NCBI GenBank assembly: GCA_047602405.1
Contig: JASGHJ010000002.1
Span: 800,001 to 864,000, forward strand
Length of the DNA stretch: 64,000 nt
Reading direction: 5' to 3'
Source of the DNA: Anaeromyxobacteraceae bacterium
Lineage (GTDB): Bacteria > Myxococcota > Myxococcia > Myxococcales > Anaeromyxobacteraceae
The translations under genes and the position numbers were made by a program. The notes beneath the pieces were generated by a model. That model searched no databases. It worked only from the letters and a program-made list of their open reading frames with translations, and had not been told where the DNA came from. Of this stretch, positions 10,219 to 18,435 are shown one piece after another; position 1 is the first letter of the stretch; every line of letters starts with the position of its first letter.

Positions 10219-10761
10219 TCATCCGTCCAGGCCCACGCGGGCGAGGCGGAGGAAGAACGTCACGAGGCTCCCGACGATCAGGAAGCCGGCGCCGATGATG
10301 CCGAGCACCCACGCCACCGTCTCGGCGGCGTGCGGCCGCTCGAAGAAGAGCAGGCAGTCCTGCTCCCGCAGGCTCCGGCCGAGCCCCTCGATGCGCAGCG
10401 TGTGCGGCCCCGGTGCGGTCACCACGAAGCGGCGGAGCTGGAGCGTGCCCCGCGAGAGGCCGCTCGAGCTCATGCGGAACAGGACCGGCCGCTGCGAGAC
10501 GATCGCGCCGTCCGGTCCCGCGAGCGCGTAGGTGAGCTCCGGCGGGCGCGTGAAGATCGGCCCCTCCATCGTGAGCACCACCGGGCCGGGCGCGGCGAGG
10601 ACCACCTCCTGCTCGGCCGCGAGCGGCACCGTCGCGACGCGCGCCCGGCGGCTGGTCCGGAACACGCCCGCGATGCTCTGGCTGAGGAGGACCACCCCGA
10701 GGACGAGGGTGACGGGGGCGAGCCAGAGGGCGAGGCGGTACGCGCCGGCGAGGAGCGCCAT
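10219..10761 (-). CDS. Hypothetical membrane protein (N- and C-terminal TM)
   Basis: GGAGG RBS, two hydrophobic segments, host codon usage. Confidence 0.7.
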   Translation of the reverse strand: MALLAGAYRLALWLAPVTLVLGVVLLSQSIAGVFRTSRRARVATVPLAAEQEVVLAAPGPVVLTMEGPIFTRPPELTYALAGPDGAIVSQRPVLFRMSSSGLSRGTLQLRRFVVTAPGPHTLRIEGLGRSLREQDCLLFFERPHAAETVAWVLGIIGAGFLIVGSLVTFFLRLARVGLDG

Positions 10762-10935
10762 GAAGAGCCTCCTTGGCCGGCGATGCTAGGCCTCCGGGCG
10801 GTCCGGCCGGCCGCGCCAGGTTGTCGCGCCCCGCCAGAGGCCGCGGGTGACGGACCGTGACGCGGCGGTGACCGGCGCCTGCGAGGTTCGGGGCGGCGTC
10901 GACCTCGACCTTCACCTCAGCCCGGAGCGCCACCC

Positions 10936-11592
10936 ATGTGCTTCTCGCCCACCGCGAGCTTCGCCGCGAGCGCCGTCCTCACGTCCACCGGCAGCTACTG
11001 CGTCCGCGAGAGCGTCCGGGGGGATCGCAGGTACCTGCCCCTCGCCCTCCTCCCGCTCCTCTTCGGCGTGCAGCAGGCCGCGGAGGGCGGGGTGTGGCTC
11101 GCGCTCGAGGGAGGGCACGCGCGGCTCGTCGCCGTGTTCTCGTCACTCTTCCTCTTCTTCGCGTTCGGGCTCTGGCCGTTCTACTGCCCGCTCATCGTGC
11201 ACGCGCTGGAAGGGAGGGGGACCGCGCGGCGGAAGGTGCTGCTCGGCCTGATGGTGGCCGGAGGGATCGTGGGCGGCCTCGTATACCTGCCGCTCGTCCT
11301 CGGGACGACCACCTTCACCGCCCGCGTCGTGAACGCCTGCATCGCGTACGAGACCGTCCGGCCCGGCTGGCTGAAGGGCCTCTACACCGGCGCGTACCTC
11401 CTCGTGACCATGGTCCCGTTCCTGATCGCCTCCAGCCGGCGGATCGTCGTCTTCGGGGCGATGCTGGTCGCGGCGGTCGTCGCGACGATGCTCTCCTACC
11501 GGTTCGCCTTCTTCTCCGTCTGGTGCTTCTTCGCGGCGTGGCTCTCGACGTACGTCCTCTACGCGGTCCGGAGGTCGCCGGCGCCGGCGTGA
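10936..11592 (+). CDS. DUF6629-type multi-pass membrane protein
   Basis: MCFSPTASF start, FGVQQAAEG, SVWCFFAA end. Confidence 0.8.
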   Translation: MCFSPTASFAASAVLTSTGSYCVRESVRGDRRYLPLALLPLLFGVQQAAEGGVWLALEGGHARLVAVFSSLFLFFAFGLWPFYCPLIVHALEGRGTARRKVLLGLMVAGGIVGGLVYLPLVLGTTTFTARVVNACIAYETVRPGWLKGLYTGAYLLVTMVPFLIASSRRIVVFGAMLVAAVVATMLSYRFAFFSVWCFFAAWLSTYVLYAVRRSPAPA

Positions 11593-11797
11593 CCCGCGAC
11601 GAGCTCCGCGCCCCATCGGGAGGCACCGAGCGGGCCGAGCACGAAGCGCAGTGCAGAACACCATGCCCAGCCCCAGGGCCCGGTGCCGAGTTTTCCGGCT
11701 GCCGGACCGAGGGCCGCTGTCACCATACAGGTGGTCAACCACTCGCGACGTCCATGCGGTAGCTTATCGAGCTGCAACACATCCCCTGGGGAGGCGC

Positions 11798-14035
11798 ATG
11801 GTCGTGAGACGCTTCTGGAGATGGCTCGCGCGTTCTTCGGAGGCGCCCGGCGCTTCGAGCCCGGAGGGGCTCGAGGCCGGAGAGGTTCAGGTCTCGACGG
11901 CCCACCCGTCCCGCGGTTCCATCTTGAGACTGCTCCTCCGCCGGCTCGTGGCCGTCGCGCTCGTCACGACCCTGGTGGTCGGCTCGGCGGTCTCCCTGCT
12001 CGCGGTGCTGCCGGTGTCGAGCCTGCCTTCCCCGCTGGTGATCGTCGCCTGGCGCCTCCGGCTCGCGGTGCGCAAGGCCCGGGGCGATGTCCCCACGCTC
12101 TCCTGGCGGGAGCTCCAGGAGATGGCGCGGGTCAGGGGCGGGTTCGGCCTGAAGGGCTTCGCGCTTCGCACCCAGAGCCTCGAGGGTGCCCTCACCAGCC
12201 CGTACGTCACCCCGGAGGACCACGAGGCGGGAAGCGCCATGTTCCGCGACCGGTGTGCCATGTGTCACGGGGGGCAGGGCGCGGGCATGCACGCCCCGCC
12301 GCTCAACCGCACGCTGAAGCACGGCGACAGCGATCTCGCGATCTACCGGGTGCTCAAGTACGGGGTCCCCGGCACGGCCATGTCCGCGCAGGACCTGCCC
12401 ATGAAGCAGGCGTGGCAGCTCGTCGGCTACGTCAGGATGCTGCAGACGGAGGCCAGCGGCGAGGAGGCCGCCGCCTCCAGCTCACGCCCGCCGGTCTCGG
12501 TGGACGCCGGCCGCCTGCGCGCCGCGGCCGACGCCCCGGACGAGTGGCTGACCTACTCGGGCACGCTCGACGGACGGCACCACTCGCCGCTCGCGGAGAT
12601 CACTCCCAGGAACGTGGACCGGCTGCGGCTCCTCTGGACCCACCAGTTCGAGGAGACGCGGCCGGAGCTCCAGGCGACGCCGCTGGTGGTCGGCGGGGTG
12701 ATCTACACCACCTTGCCCCCCTCGACCGCCGTGGCCCTGGACGTGCGCACCGGCGAGGAGCTCTGGCGGTACGCCCGGCCCATTCCCGACGTGCCCCTGT
12801 GTTGCCGGCGGGTGAACCGCGGCCTCGCGGTCCTGGGCGACAAGGTGTACATGGCGGCGCTCGACGGTTACCTGGTGGCGCTCGACGCTCGCACCGGCGC
12901 CGTGGCGTGGACGGCCATGGTGGGCGACGCGAGCGCCGGGTACAGCATGACCGGGGCACCACTCGCCGTGAACGACATGGTGGTGGTCGGGATCGCGGGA
13001 GGCGAGTTCGGGATCCGCGGCTACATCACCGCGTACGACGCGGAGACCGGGCGCCAGCGGTGGCGGTTCCACACCATCCCGGCTCCCGGCGAACCCGGCA
13101 ACGAGACCTGGACCGGCGACTCGTGGAAGACGGGCGGGGGGCCCACCTGGAACATCGGGTCCTACGACCCGGCCCTGGACCTCATCTACTGGGGCGTGGG
13201 GAATCCCGGCCCGGACTACAACGGCGACGAGCGACCCGGGGACAACCTCTACACCGACAGTGTCGTGGCGGTGCGCGGCGGCACGGGCAAGCTCGCGTGG
13301 CACTTCCAGTTCACGCCCCACGACGAGCACGACTGGGACTCGACACAGGTCCCCATCCTGGCCGACCTCCGCCGCGGGGAGAGGACCGCCAAGGTCATCT
13401 GCTGGCCCAACCGCAACGGCTTCTACTACGTGCTCGACCGGGTGACCGGTGCCTTCCTCTCGGGGACGCCGTTCGTCGAGCAGAACTGGGCGTCCGGGCT
13501 CACGCCCAGCGGCCGCCCCATCCCCCGGAGCTCCGGCACGACCGCCGGGCAGCTGACCCGGCCGGGCGGCAACGGCGGCACCAACTGGCAGAACGCGACC
13601 TACGACGAGAGGCGCGGCCTGGTGTTCGTTCACGCCACCGAGGGCGCGGCGGTCTTCACCAAGGCGGAGCAGACCACCCGCGGACCGATCGGTGCCGCCT
13701 TCCTGGGGAGCGCCGGAGGAAACCGGGAGCCCATCTATCCCTACGTGCGGGCCCTGGGGGCCGGCACGGGGACGATGGCCTGGCAGTACGAGTCCCCCCT
13801 GCCTGCCGACAGGGGGAAGACGGCCCTCTACACGGGCCTGCTCTCCACCGGCGGTGGCGTCGTCTTCGGAGCGTCCAGCGGCGTCTTCTTCGCGCTCGAC
13901 GCGGACACCGGCAAGGAGCGGTGGCGGGTGTCACTGGGCGGAAACACCATGGCCCCGCCGATCTCCTTCCGGCTCGACGGGCGCCAGGTGGTGCTGATCT
14001 CGGCGGGGTCGTCGCTGTTCCTGTTCGGGCTGTAG
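11798..14035 (+). CDS. Membrane-anchored cytochrome c / PQQ-dependent dehydrogenase
   Basis: TM segment, CAMCH heme motif, then PQQ beta-propeller with CCRRVNRG, GGEFGIRG, GNPGPD, HDEHDWD. Confidence 0.9.
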   Translation: MVVRRFWRWLARSSEAPGASSPEGLEAGEVQVSTAHPSRGSILRLLLRRLVAVALVTTLVVGSAVSLLAVLPVSSLPSPLVIVAWRLRLAVRKARGDVPTLSWRELQEMARVRGGFGLKGFALRTQSLEGALTSPYVTPEDHEAGSAMFRDRCAMCHGGQGAGMHAPPLNRTLKHGDSDLAIYRVLKYGVPGTAMSAQDLPMKQAWQLVGYVRMLQTEASGEEAAASSSRPPVSVDAGRLRAAADAPDEWLTYSGTLDGRHHSPLAEITPRNVDRLRLLWTHQFEETRPELQATPLVVGGVIYTTLPPSTAVALDVRTGEELWRYARPIPDVPLCCRRVNRGLAVLGDKVYMAALDGYLVALDARTGAVAWTAMVGDASAGYSMTGAPLAVNDMVVVGIAGGEFGIRGYITAYDAETGRQRWRFHTIPAPGEPGNETWTGDSWKTGGGPTWNIGSYDPALDLIYWGVGNPGPDYNGDERPGDNLYTDSVVAVRGGTGKLAWHFQFTPHDEHDWDSTQVPILADLRRGERTAKVICWPNRNGFYYVLDRVTGAFLSGTPFVEQNWASGLTPSGRPIPRSSGTTAGQLTRPGGNGGTNWQNATYDERRGLVFVHATEGAAVFTKAEQTTRGPIGAAFLGSAGGNREPIYPYVRALGAGTGTMAWQYESPLPADRGKTALYTGLLSTGGGVVFGASSGVFFALDADTGKERWRVSLGGNTMAPPISFRLDGRQVVLISAGSSLFLFGL

Positions 14036-14119
14036 CCGCTCTGCGGGGCGGGGAGCGTCCGGGGATACGACTCGGCCCAAGCTCCTCTCCAAGGTCGCCG
14101 AGGACGGCGCCGAGGAGGA

Positions 14120-14283
14120 CGCTGGCGACGCGAAGCTCGGCTTCGTCGAGAACAGCGAGGTGTTCTACAACCAGCAGCGGCGTCACTCGGCCATCGGCTA
14201 CGTCAGCCCGGCCGAGTTGGAGAGGGCAGCAAGGTTGAGGTCAGCAGCTTAGCCAACCTGTCCACCGAACAGGATCAAGCCCA
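14120..14283 (+). mobile_element. IS3-family remnant (integrase C-terminus plus right inverted repeat)
   Basis: Frame reads EVFYNQQRRHSAIGYVSPAELE...*, followed by CTGTCCACCGAACAGGATCAAGCCCA ending in CA; left boundary approximate. Confidence 0.8.
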
Positions 14284-14381
14284 GACGCCATCCCGGACAT
14301 GGCGAGCGCGATGACAGGCACTCGGAGAGTCGGTTGCATGCGACACATTACTCGCCGGAGGGCGCATCCCGCCGCTTCCAT
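14284..14381 (-). pseudogene. 5' stub of cassette 3 gene cut off by the IS3 end
   Basis: ATG follows site copy 3; ...MQPTLRVPVIALAMSGMA (signal-peptide-like) runs into the IS3 IR. Confidence 0.45.
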
Positions 14382-14383
14382 CT

Positions 14384-14410
14384 TCCTCCCCCATCTCACG
14401 CCGCGTGCGG
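14384..14410 (-). repeat. 27-bp cassette site, copy 3
   Basis: TCCTCCCCCATCTCACGCCGCGTGCGG, identical to 15377-15403; followed by TGCGCCnnGCGACC at 14423-14436. Confidence 0.9.
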
Positions 14411-14466
14411 TAGCAGGTGAGTTGCGCCCGGCGACCGTTCGCTTCGGGAGGAGGGTGGCGCGTCCC

Positions 14467-15369
14467 TCAGTTGCACCAGTCAACGCCCACCAGGCTCCAC
14501 CCGTCCGCTGTTGCGGCGAGGTCGAAGAAGTACTCCGTCGCCAGCGTCTTCGAGCGGAGCGCGACCGTGTAGCCGCCAAGCTGCACGGCCCTTGCGGTCA
14601 CGTCGGTGGTTGCGTCGGGCGCACTCGCAACGTCTAGGGCGGAGTGGGTGCGGATGTCGTTCCCGCAGGTGCCCAACTCTTCCGCAGAGAAGAAGAAGGC
14701 GTGGAAGTCGCAACCGGAACCGAGCGCCTTGGCCAGAGCTTCTCGCGGCACCTGGTCATCGCTGCACGTCAGGCCTTGAGGGGCTATCAGCGCCAAGATG
14801 CGTGCCGTGTTGCGAGTCCGAATAGCCTCCACGAGGTCACGAGCGACCTCGCGAACATCGAAATGTCGGCCGCTCTCCGCCTTCCCGTCGCCCTCAACAG
14901 GGCGGTTAAGAGTCTTCGCCAACGAAAGTCCCCGCGTGCGCACGTCCGCAATGCACCAGCGGCTTCCCTGGAACGAGAGGTCGAAGTCGATGTTGGTCGT
15001 GGTCTCGGGCGGGCCTTCGTAGCTCGCTCGCACTCGCGCGGTGCGTCCACGCCTCATGGTCTGCTTCAGCTTCAGGGTAGTGAGCCAGTCCTCGTCGAAG
15101 TCGTTGCCACCCATCAGCGGGTCCCAGTCCAGGTTGCAGATGCTCTTGTTTCGGCGGGAGCACTCTCTGTCGGCCACCAGGAGTGCGCGGAGCTTCGGGC
15201 AGTACCGCTCCTCAATACGGGAGCGGTACTCCTGAGCATGGGGGCCACGTAGCTCAAGCGCGTCCTTCTCAAGTGCGTAGACGTCTCGAACCGCGTCCAG
15301 TGGCGTCGTGGCCGGAGAGGCGCCAGTCACCTGAACGACGAGAACGGAGGCCATGACGAGGACGCTCAT
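14467..15369 (-). CDS. Exported DUF3828 (YbjP/YqhG/Tai3-like) domain protein, cassette 2
   Basis: Signal-like N-terminus, CNLDWDPLMGGND...ARVRASY...WCIADV; non-host codon usage. Confidence 0.7.
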   Translation of the reverse strand: MSVLVMASVLVVQVTGASPATTPLDAVRDVYALEKDALELRGPHAQEYRSRIEERYCPKLRALLVADRECSRRNKSICNLDWDPLMGGNDFDEDWLTTLKLKQTMRRGRTARVRASYEGPPETTTNIDFDLSFQGSRWCIADVRTRGLSLAKTLNRPVEGDGKAESGRHFDVREVARDLVEAIRTRNTARILALIAPQGLTCSDDQVPREALAKALGSGCDFHAFFFSAEELGTCGNDIRTHSALDVASAPDATTDVTARAVQLGGYTVALRSKTLATEYFFDLAATADGWSLVGVDWCN

Positions 15370-15376
15370 GCCCGCA

Positions 15377-15403
15377 TCCTCCCCCATCTCACGCCGCGTG
15401 CGG
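15377..15403 (-). repeat. 27-bp cassette site, copy 2
   Basis: TCCTCCCCCATCTCACGCCGCGTGCGG; followed by TGCGCCnnGCGACC at 15415-15428. Confidence 0.9.
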
Positions 15404-15450
15404 GAGGGTACGGGTGCGCCAAGCGACCTCAGAGATGACCGAGGGACGAG

Positions 15451-15896
15451 CTACCCGTTACCCCAGAAATGGAACACGTACACCGAGGAGCCGTCGCTAG
15501 AGACCTGTACGTAGCCTACGGCCTTGCTCGTCTCGCCGGTGCCCGGGGTCTCGCGCGTCCATCCTGAGTCGAACCGCATCACCGTCGATGGCACCGATAG
15601 GAAGTGCGGCTCGGTACCCGGCGAGCCGGCCACCGGCGTGCTCTCGACGCTCTTCATGTCGATGAACCTCCAGCCGTTGCGCTCGGCAAAGGCCCTTGCT
15701 TCGGCTTCGGAGAACGAACGGCCATCGCACGCCGCCCATCGCAGCCCGCGTGTGCCACCCCAAGGCCCCTGGTGCTCGTGTGCTCGCGAAGGCAGTTCGG
15801 GTGGAACTTGGTCCAGAAGCCAGCAGGACCCGGGGAACGGGAGCATCCGACGAGGGCGACCAGCAGGGCCAGCAGGGTCAGGCGGCGAGGGGCCAC
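15451..15896 (-). CDS. Hypothetical lipoprotein, cassette 1 (frameshift near 15775)
   Basis: Lipobox LVGC in ORF 15654..15896 joins QGPWGG...VFHFWGNG of ORF 15451..15846 with one added base. Confidence 0.65.
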
Positions 15897-15903
15897 ATCG
15901 CCA

Positions 15904-15930
15904 TCCTCCCCTATCTCACGCTCCGTGCGG
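15904..15930 (-). repeat. 27-bp cassette site, copy 1 (tmRNA-proximal variant)
   Basis: TCCTCCCCTATCTCACGCTCCGTGCGG, 24/27 identical to copies 2 and 3. Confidence 0.85.
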
Positions 15931-15931
15931 A

Positions 15932-15965
15932 GGAGACCAAGCGGAGGAGACCAAGGGAGACCAAG
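15932..15965. repeat. Three direct repeats GGAGACCAAG (possible recombinase arm-type sites)
   Basis: Exact copies at 15932, 15946 and 15956. Confidence 0.75.
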
Positions 15966-15970
15966 CCCGG

Positions 15971-16002
15971 AAAAGAAGAAGCCCCGTGATTAGCGGGGCT
16001 TC
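15971..16002 (-). terminator. Rho-independent terminator of ssrA
   Basis: Minus strand GAAGCCCCG-CTAATCA-CGGGGCTTC followed by TTCTTTT. Confidence 0.85.
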
Positions 16003-16004
16003 TA

Positions 16005-16353
<349 letters not shown>

Positions 16354-16500
16354 TGAACGGCAACTGCGGCGATGCAGACTCCCGTACACGTAAGGCTTCC
16401 GCCGCCCGAGTCAAGGCGGCGGGCGGAACCTAGCAGGTCTACGGACGTGGCGGAACCCCTGTGGCGGCGCGGGGTTCCTCGCGGGGCGCCCGGCCGGCCG

Positions 16501-17337
16501 TCAGGGGACCGTGACGTTCGCGGCCTGCACCAGGAACGTGCCGTTCGCCTTGATGCGCACCTGGTTCGACTCGAGCGTCGTCGTCGCGGCGACGCTCGTG
16601 GTCGAGTTTCCGCCCACGGAGGTGCTCGCGCTGCCGCCCACGGACGTGCTCGCGCTCCCGCCGATCGACGTGGCCGCGTTCCCCGCGACGGTCGTGGTCG
16701 AGGTGCTGCCGATCGAGGTCGTCGCGGTCCGGCCGACGTGCTCGGTCCGGTCGTTGCCGATGGTCTCGGCGACGCTGCCGCCCACGCTGACCGACGCGTC
16801 CGCGCCGACGGAGGTCACGGCGTTGCCGCCGACGGAGGTCGACGCGTGCGAGGCGACGATGGTGTCCGAGCTGCCCGCGACGGAGGTGGTCGAGTCGTGG
16901 CCGATGGACACGCTCGAGTCGCGACCGACGCCGACGGTGAGGTCCGTGCCGACCGCGAGCGTGAAGGTGCGGTCGACCCGGAGCGAGAGGTCCCGGAGCG
17001 CGGTGAGCGCGACGTCGGCCGGGAACTGCAGCTCCGCGGCGTTCACCTTCACGACGGCGCGGCCGCTCGAGGTGTCGAGCGTCAGCGCGCCGCCGAGGGC
17101 GCTCGTGGTGTTCGCGGCGACGGTGGCGCTCAGGCTCGCGACGGCGGCCTTGAGCGCGGCGACCTCCGCCTGCGTGGCCTGAAGCGCGGCGCGGGTGGCG
17201 GCGAGCTCGGCCTTGAGCTGGGCGAGGCCGCGGTCGCCGTGATGGTCGTCGCGGTCGTCGTGGGACTTGCGGCCGTCGGCGAGCGCGGGGCTCGCGAGGG
17301 TCAGGGCCGCGAGGGCGGCGAGGACGAGGCGGGTCAT
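16501..17337 (-). CDS. Secreted protein with coiled coil and gp5/VgrG-like 8-residue beta-helix repeats
   Basis: Signal peptide ending PALA, heptad segment, then repeats such as TSVGGNAV/ETIGNDRT/EHVGRTAT/TSIGGSAS. Confidence 0.75.
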   Translation of the reverse strand: MTRLVLAALAALTLASPALADGRKSHDDRDDHHGDRGLAQLKAELAATRAALQATQAEVAALKAAVASLSATVAANTTSALGGALTLDTSSGRAVVKVNAAELQFPADVALTALRDLSLRVDRTFTLAVGTDLTVGVGRDSSVSIGHDSTTSVAGSSDTIVASHASTSVGGNAVTSVGADASVSVGGSVAETIGNDRTEHVGRTATTSIGSTSTTTVAGNAATSIGGSASTSVGGSASTSVGGNSTTSVAATTTLESNQVRIKANGTFLVQAANVTVP

Positions 17338-17510
17338 GTGAGGTTCCCCCCGGCGCAGCCCCGGGGGCGAGGGCGCGCGTCCACCCATCGATAACGGGCG
17401 GCCGGGCGGGCGCACCCCTCTCGCCGGACGCCCCGGATCGAGGCCGTGCCGGCGCGATGTCAAGCCGACCCAGCCCACACGTGAGGCTTCGGCCACCCGA
17501 GTCGCGGCGT

Positions 17511-17873
17511 CTACCGGGTCCGAGCCGTGACGACCAGGCACTCCTCGCGCCAGAAGAGGATCCCGGTCTGGTGCAGGTCCACCTGCACGTCCGAGAGCGG
17601 GGCGCCGTTCGCCGCCTCGCTCGCCTTCCGGAGCGCCTCGCGGTAGCCACCCTCGCCCCAGGCGACGCTGAGGGTGGCGGACGGCACGGGGACCGCGAGC
17701 CCGCGGCGGCACGCCTCGCCGCGCACATCGCGCGTGCCGGCGCCGACGTCGCCACGGCACGCGAGCGGGCCGGCGCTGTCCTCGAAGAGGACGCCCACGG
17801 GCTGAGGGAAGGCGAGCCGCGGCAGGCACCCCGCCGCGGGCAGCGCGAGCAGGGCGAGCAGGAGCGGTCTCAC
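17511..17873 (-). CDS. TRL-domain lipoprotein
   Basis: Lipobox AAGC, GEAC...VAWGEGGY...LSDVQVD...CLVVTA. Confidence 0.7.
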   Translation of the reverse strand: MRPLLLALLALPAAGCLPRLAFPQPVGVLFEDSAGPLACRGDVGAGTRDVRGEACRRGLAVPVPSATLSVAWGEGGYREALRKASEAANGAPLSDVQVDLHQTGILFWREECLVVTARTR

Positions 17874-18211
17874 TTGACGATCCTCCCGGTCACCCGGGTG
17901 CAGGCCTTCTGGTAGACCCCGAGCACGTTGAAGAGCGTGGTGTCCGCGCGGACGTCGGCGAGCTGGTGGGCGCCCGAGCTCGCCTTCGCGTTCGCGACGG
18001 CGGCCGCGTAGCCGGCGTCACCCCAGGCCACGAGATAGAGGACGGCGTGATCGCACGCGACGCCCTCGGCCTCCGGGGCGCCCTCCGCCTTCGCCTCCTG
18101 CAGCGTGGCCGCGCGGTACGCGAGGGGCGTGGTGACGTTGGTGTAGAGGCAGCCGGAGCAGAGGATCGACGCGGCGGAGGCGGCGAAGAGGCGGGAGAGG
18201 CGACGGGACAT
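17870..18211 (-). CDS. TRL-domain lipoprotein
   Basis: CSGCLYT, EGVAC...LVAWGDAGY...ADVRAD...NVLGVY..CTRVTG. Confidence 0.75.
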   Translation of the reverse strand: MSRRLSRLFAASAASILCSGCLYTNVTTPLAYRAATLQEAKAEGAPEAEGVACDHAVLYLVAWGDAGYAAAVANAKASSGAHQLADVRADTTLFNVLGVYQKACTRVTGRIVK

Positions 18212-18380
18212 GTCGAGGCTCCTTCGGTTGGAGGACGGCGGAGGAGTCCAGCGGACGAGGACTCCGCGCGCGCCAGGCGCGCCGGTGGACCTCGTACGCC
18301 CGGTCCGGAGGTCGGAGAAGCTGCACGGCGGGTCACCTCCCGCGGGTGCGCCGAGGCGGCCCCGGCAATGTCAGACCCCT

Positions 18381-18397
18381 CCTGTACACCTGTGTAG
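18381..18397 (-). promoter_or_regulatory. Putative LexA box upstream of HNH gene
   Basis: Minus strand CTACACAGGTGTACAGG, 15/17 to CTRHAMRYBYGTTCAGS; inner palindrome TACAC-CT-GTGTA. Confidence 0.5.
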
Positions 18398-18435
18398 TCA
18401 TGGTTCCCGGCTGGAACATCCCGGAGGTCGGCACC

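Noticed and set aside
14384..15930. The 27-bp repeats as a CRISPR array
   Set aside because: The intervening sequences are 500 and 966 bp and contain whole genes; no cas genes
14384..15930. Canonical integron attC sites or Xer dif/pdif sites
   Set aside because: No RYYYAAC/GTTRRRY pair or strong attC hairpin, no intI, and no XerD-like TTATG arm
16501..17337. T6SS or prophage locus
   Set aside because: No other tss, PAAR or tail genes in the window, and the protein has a Sec signal
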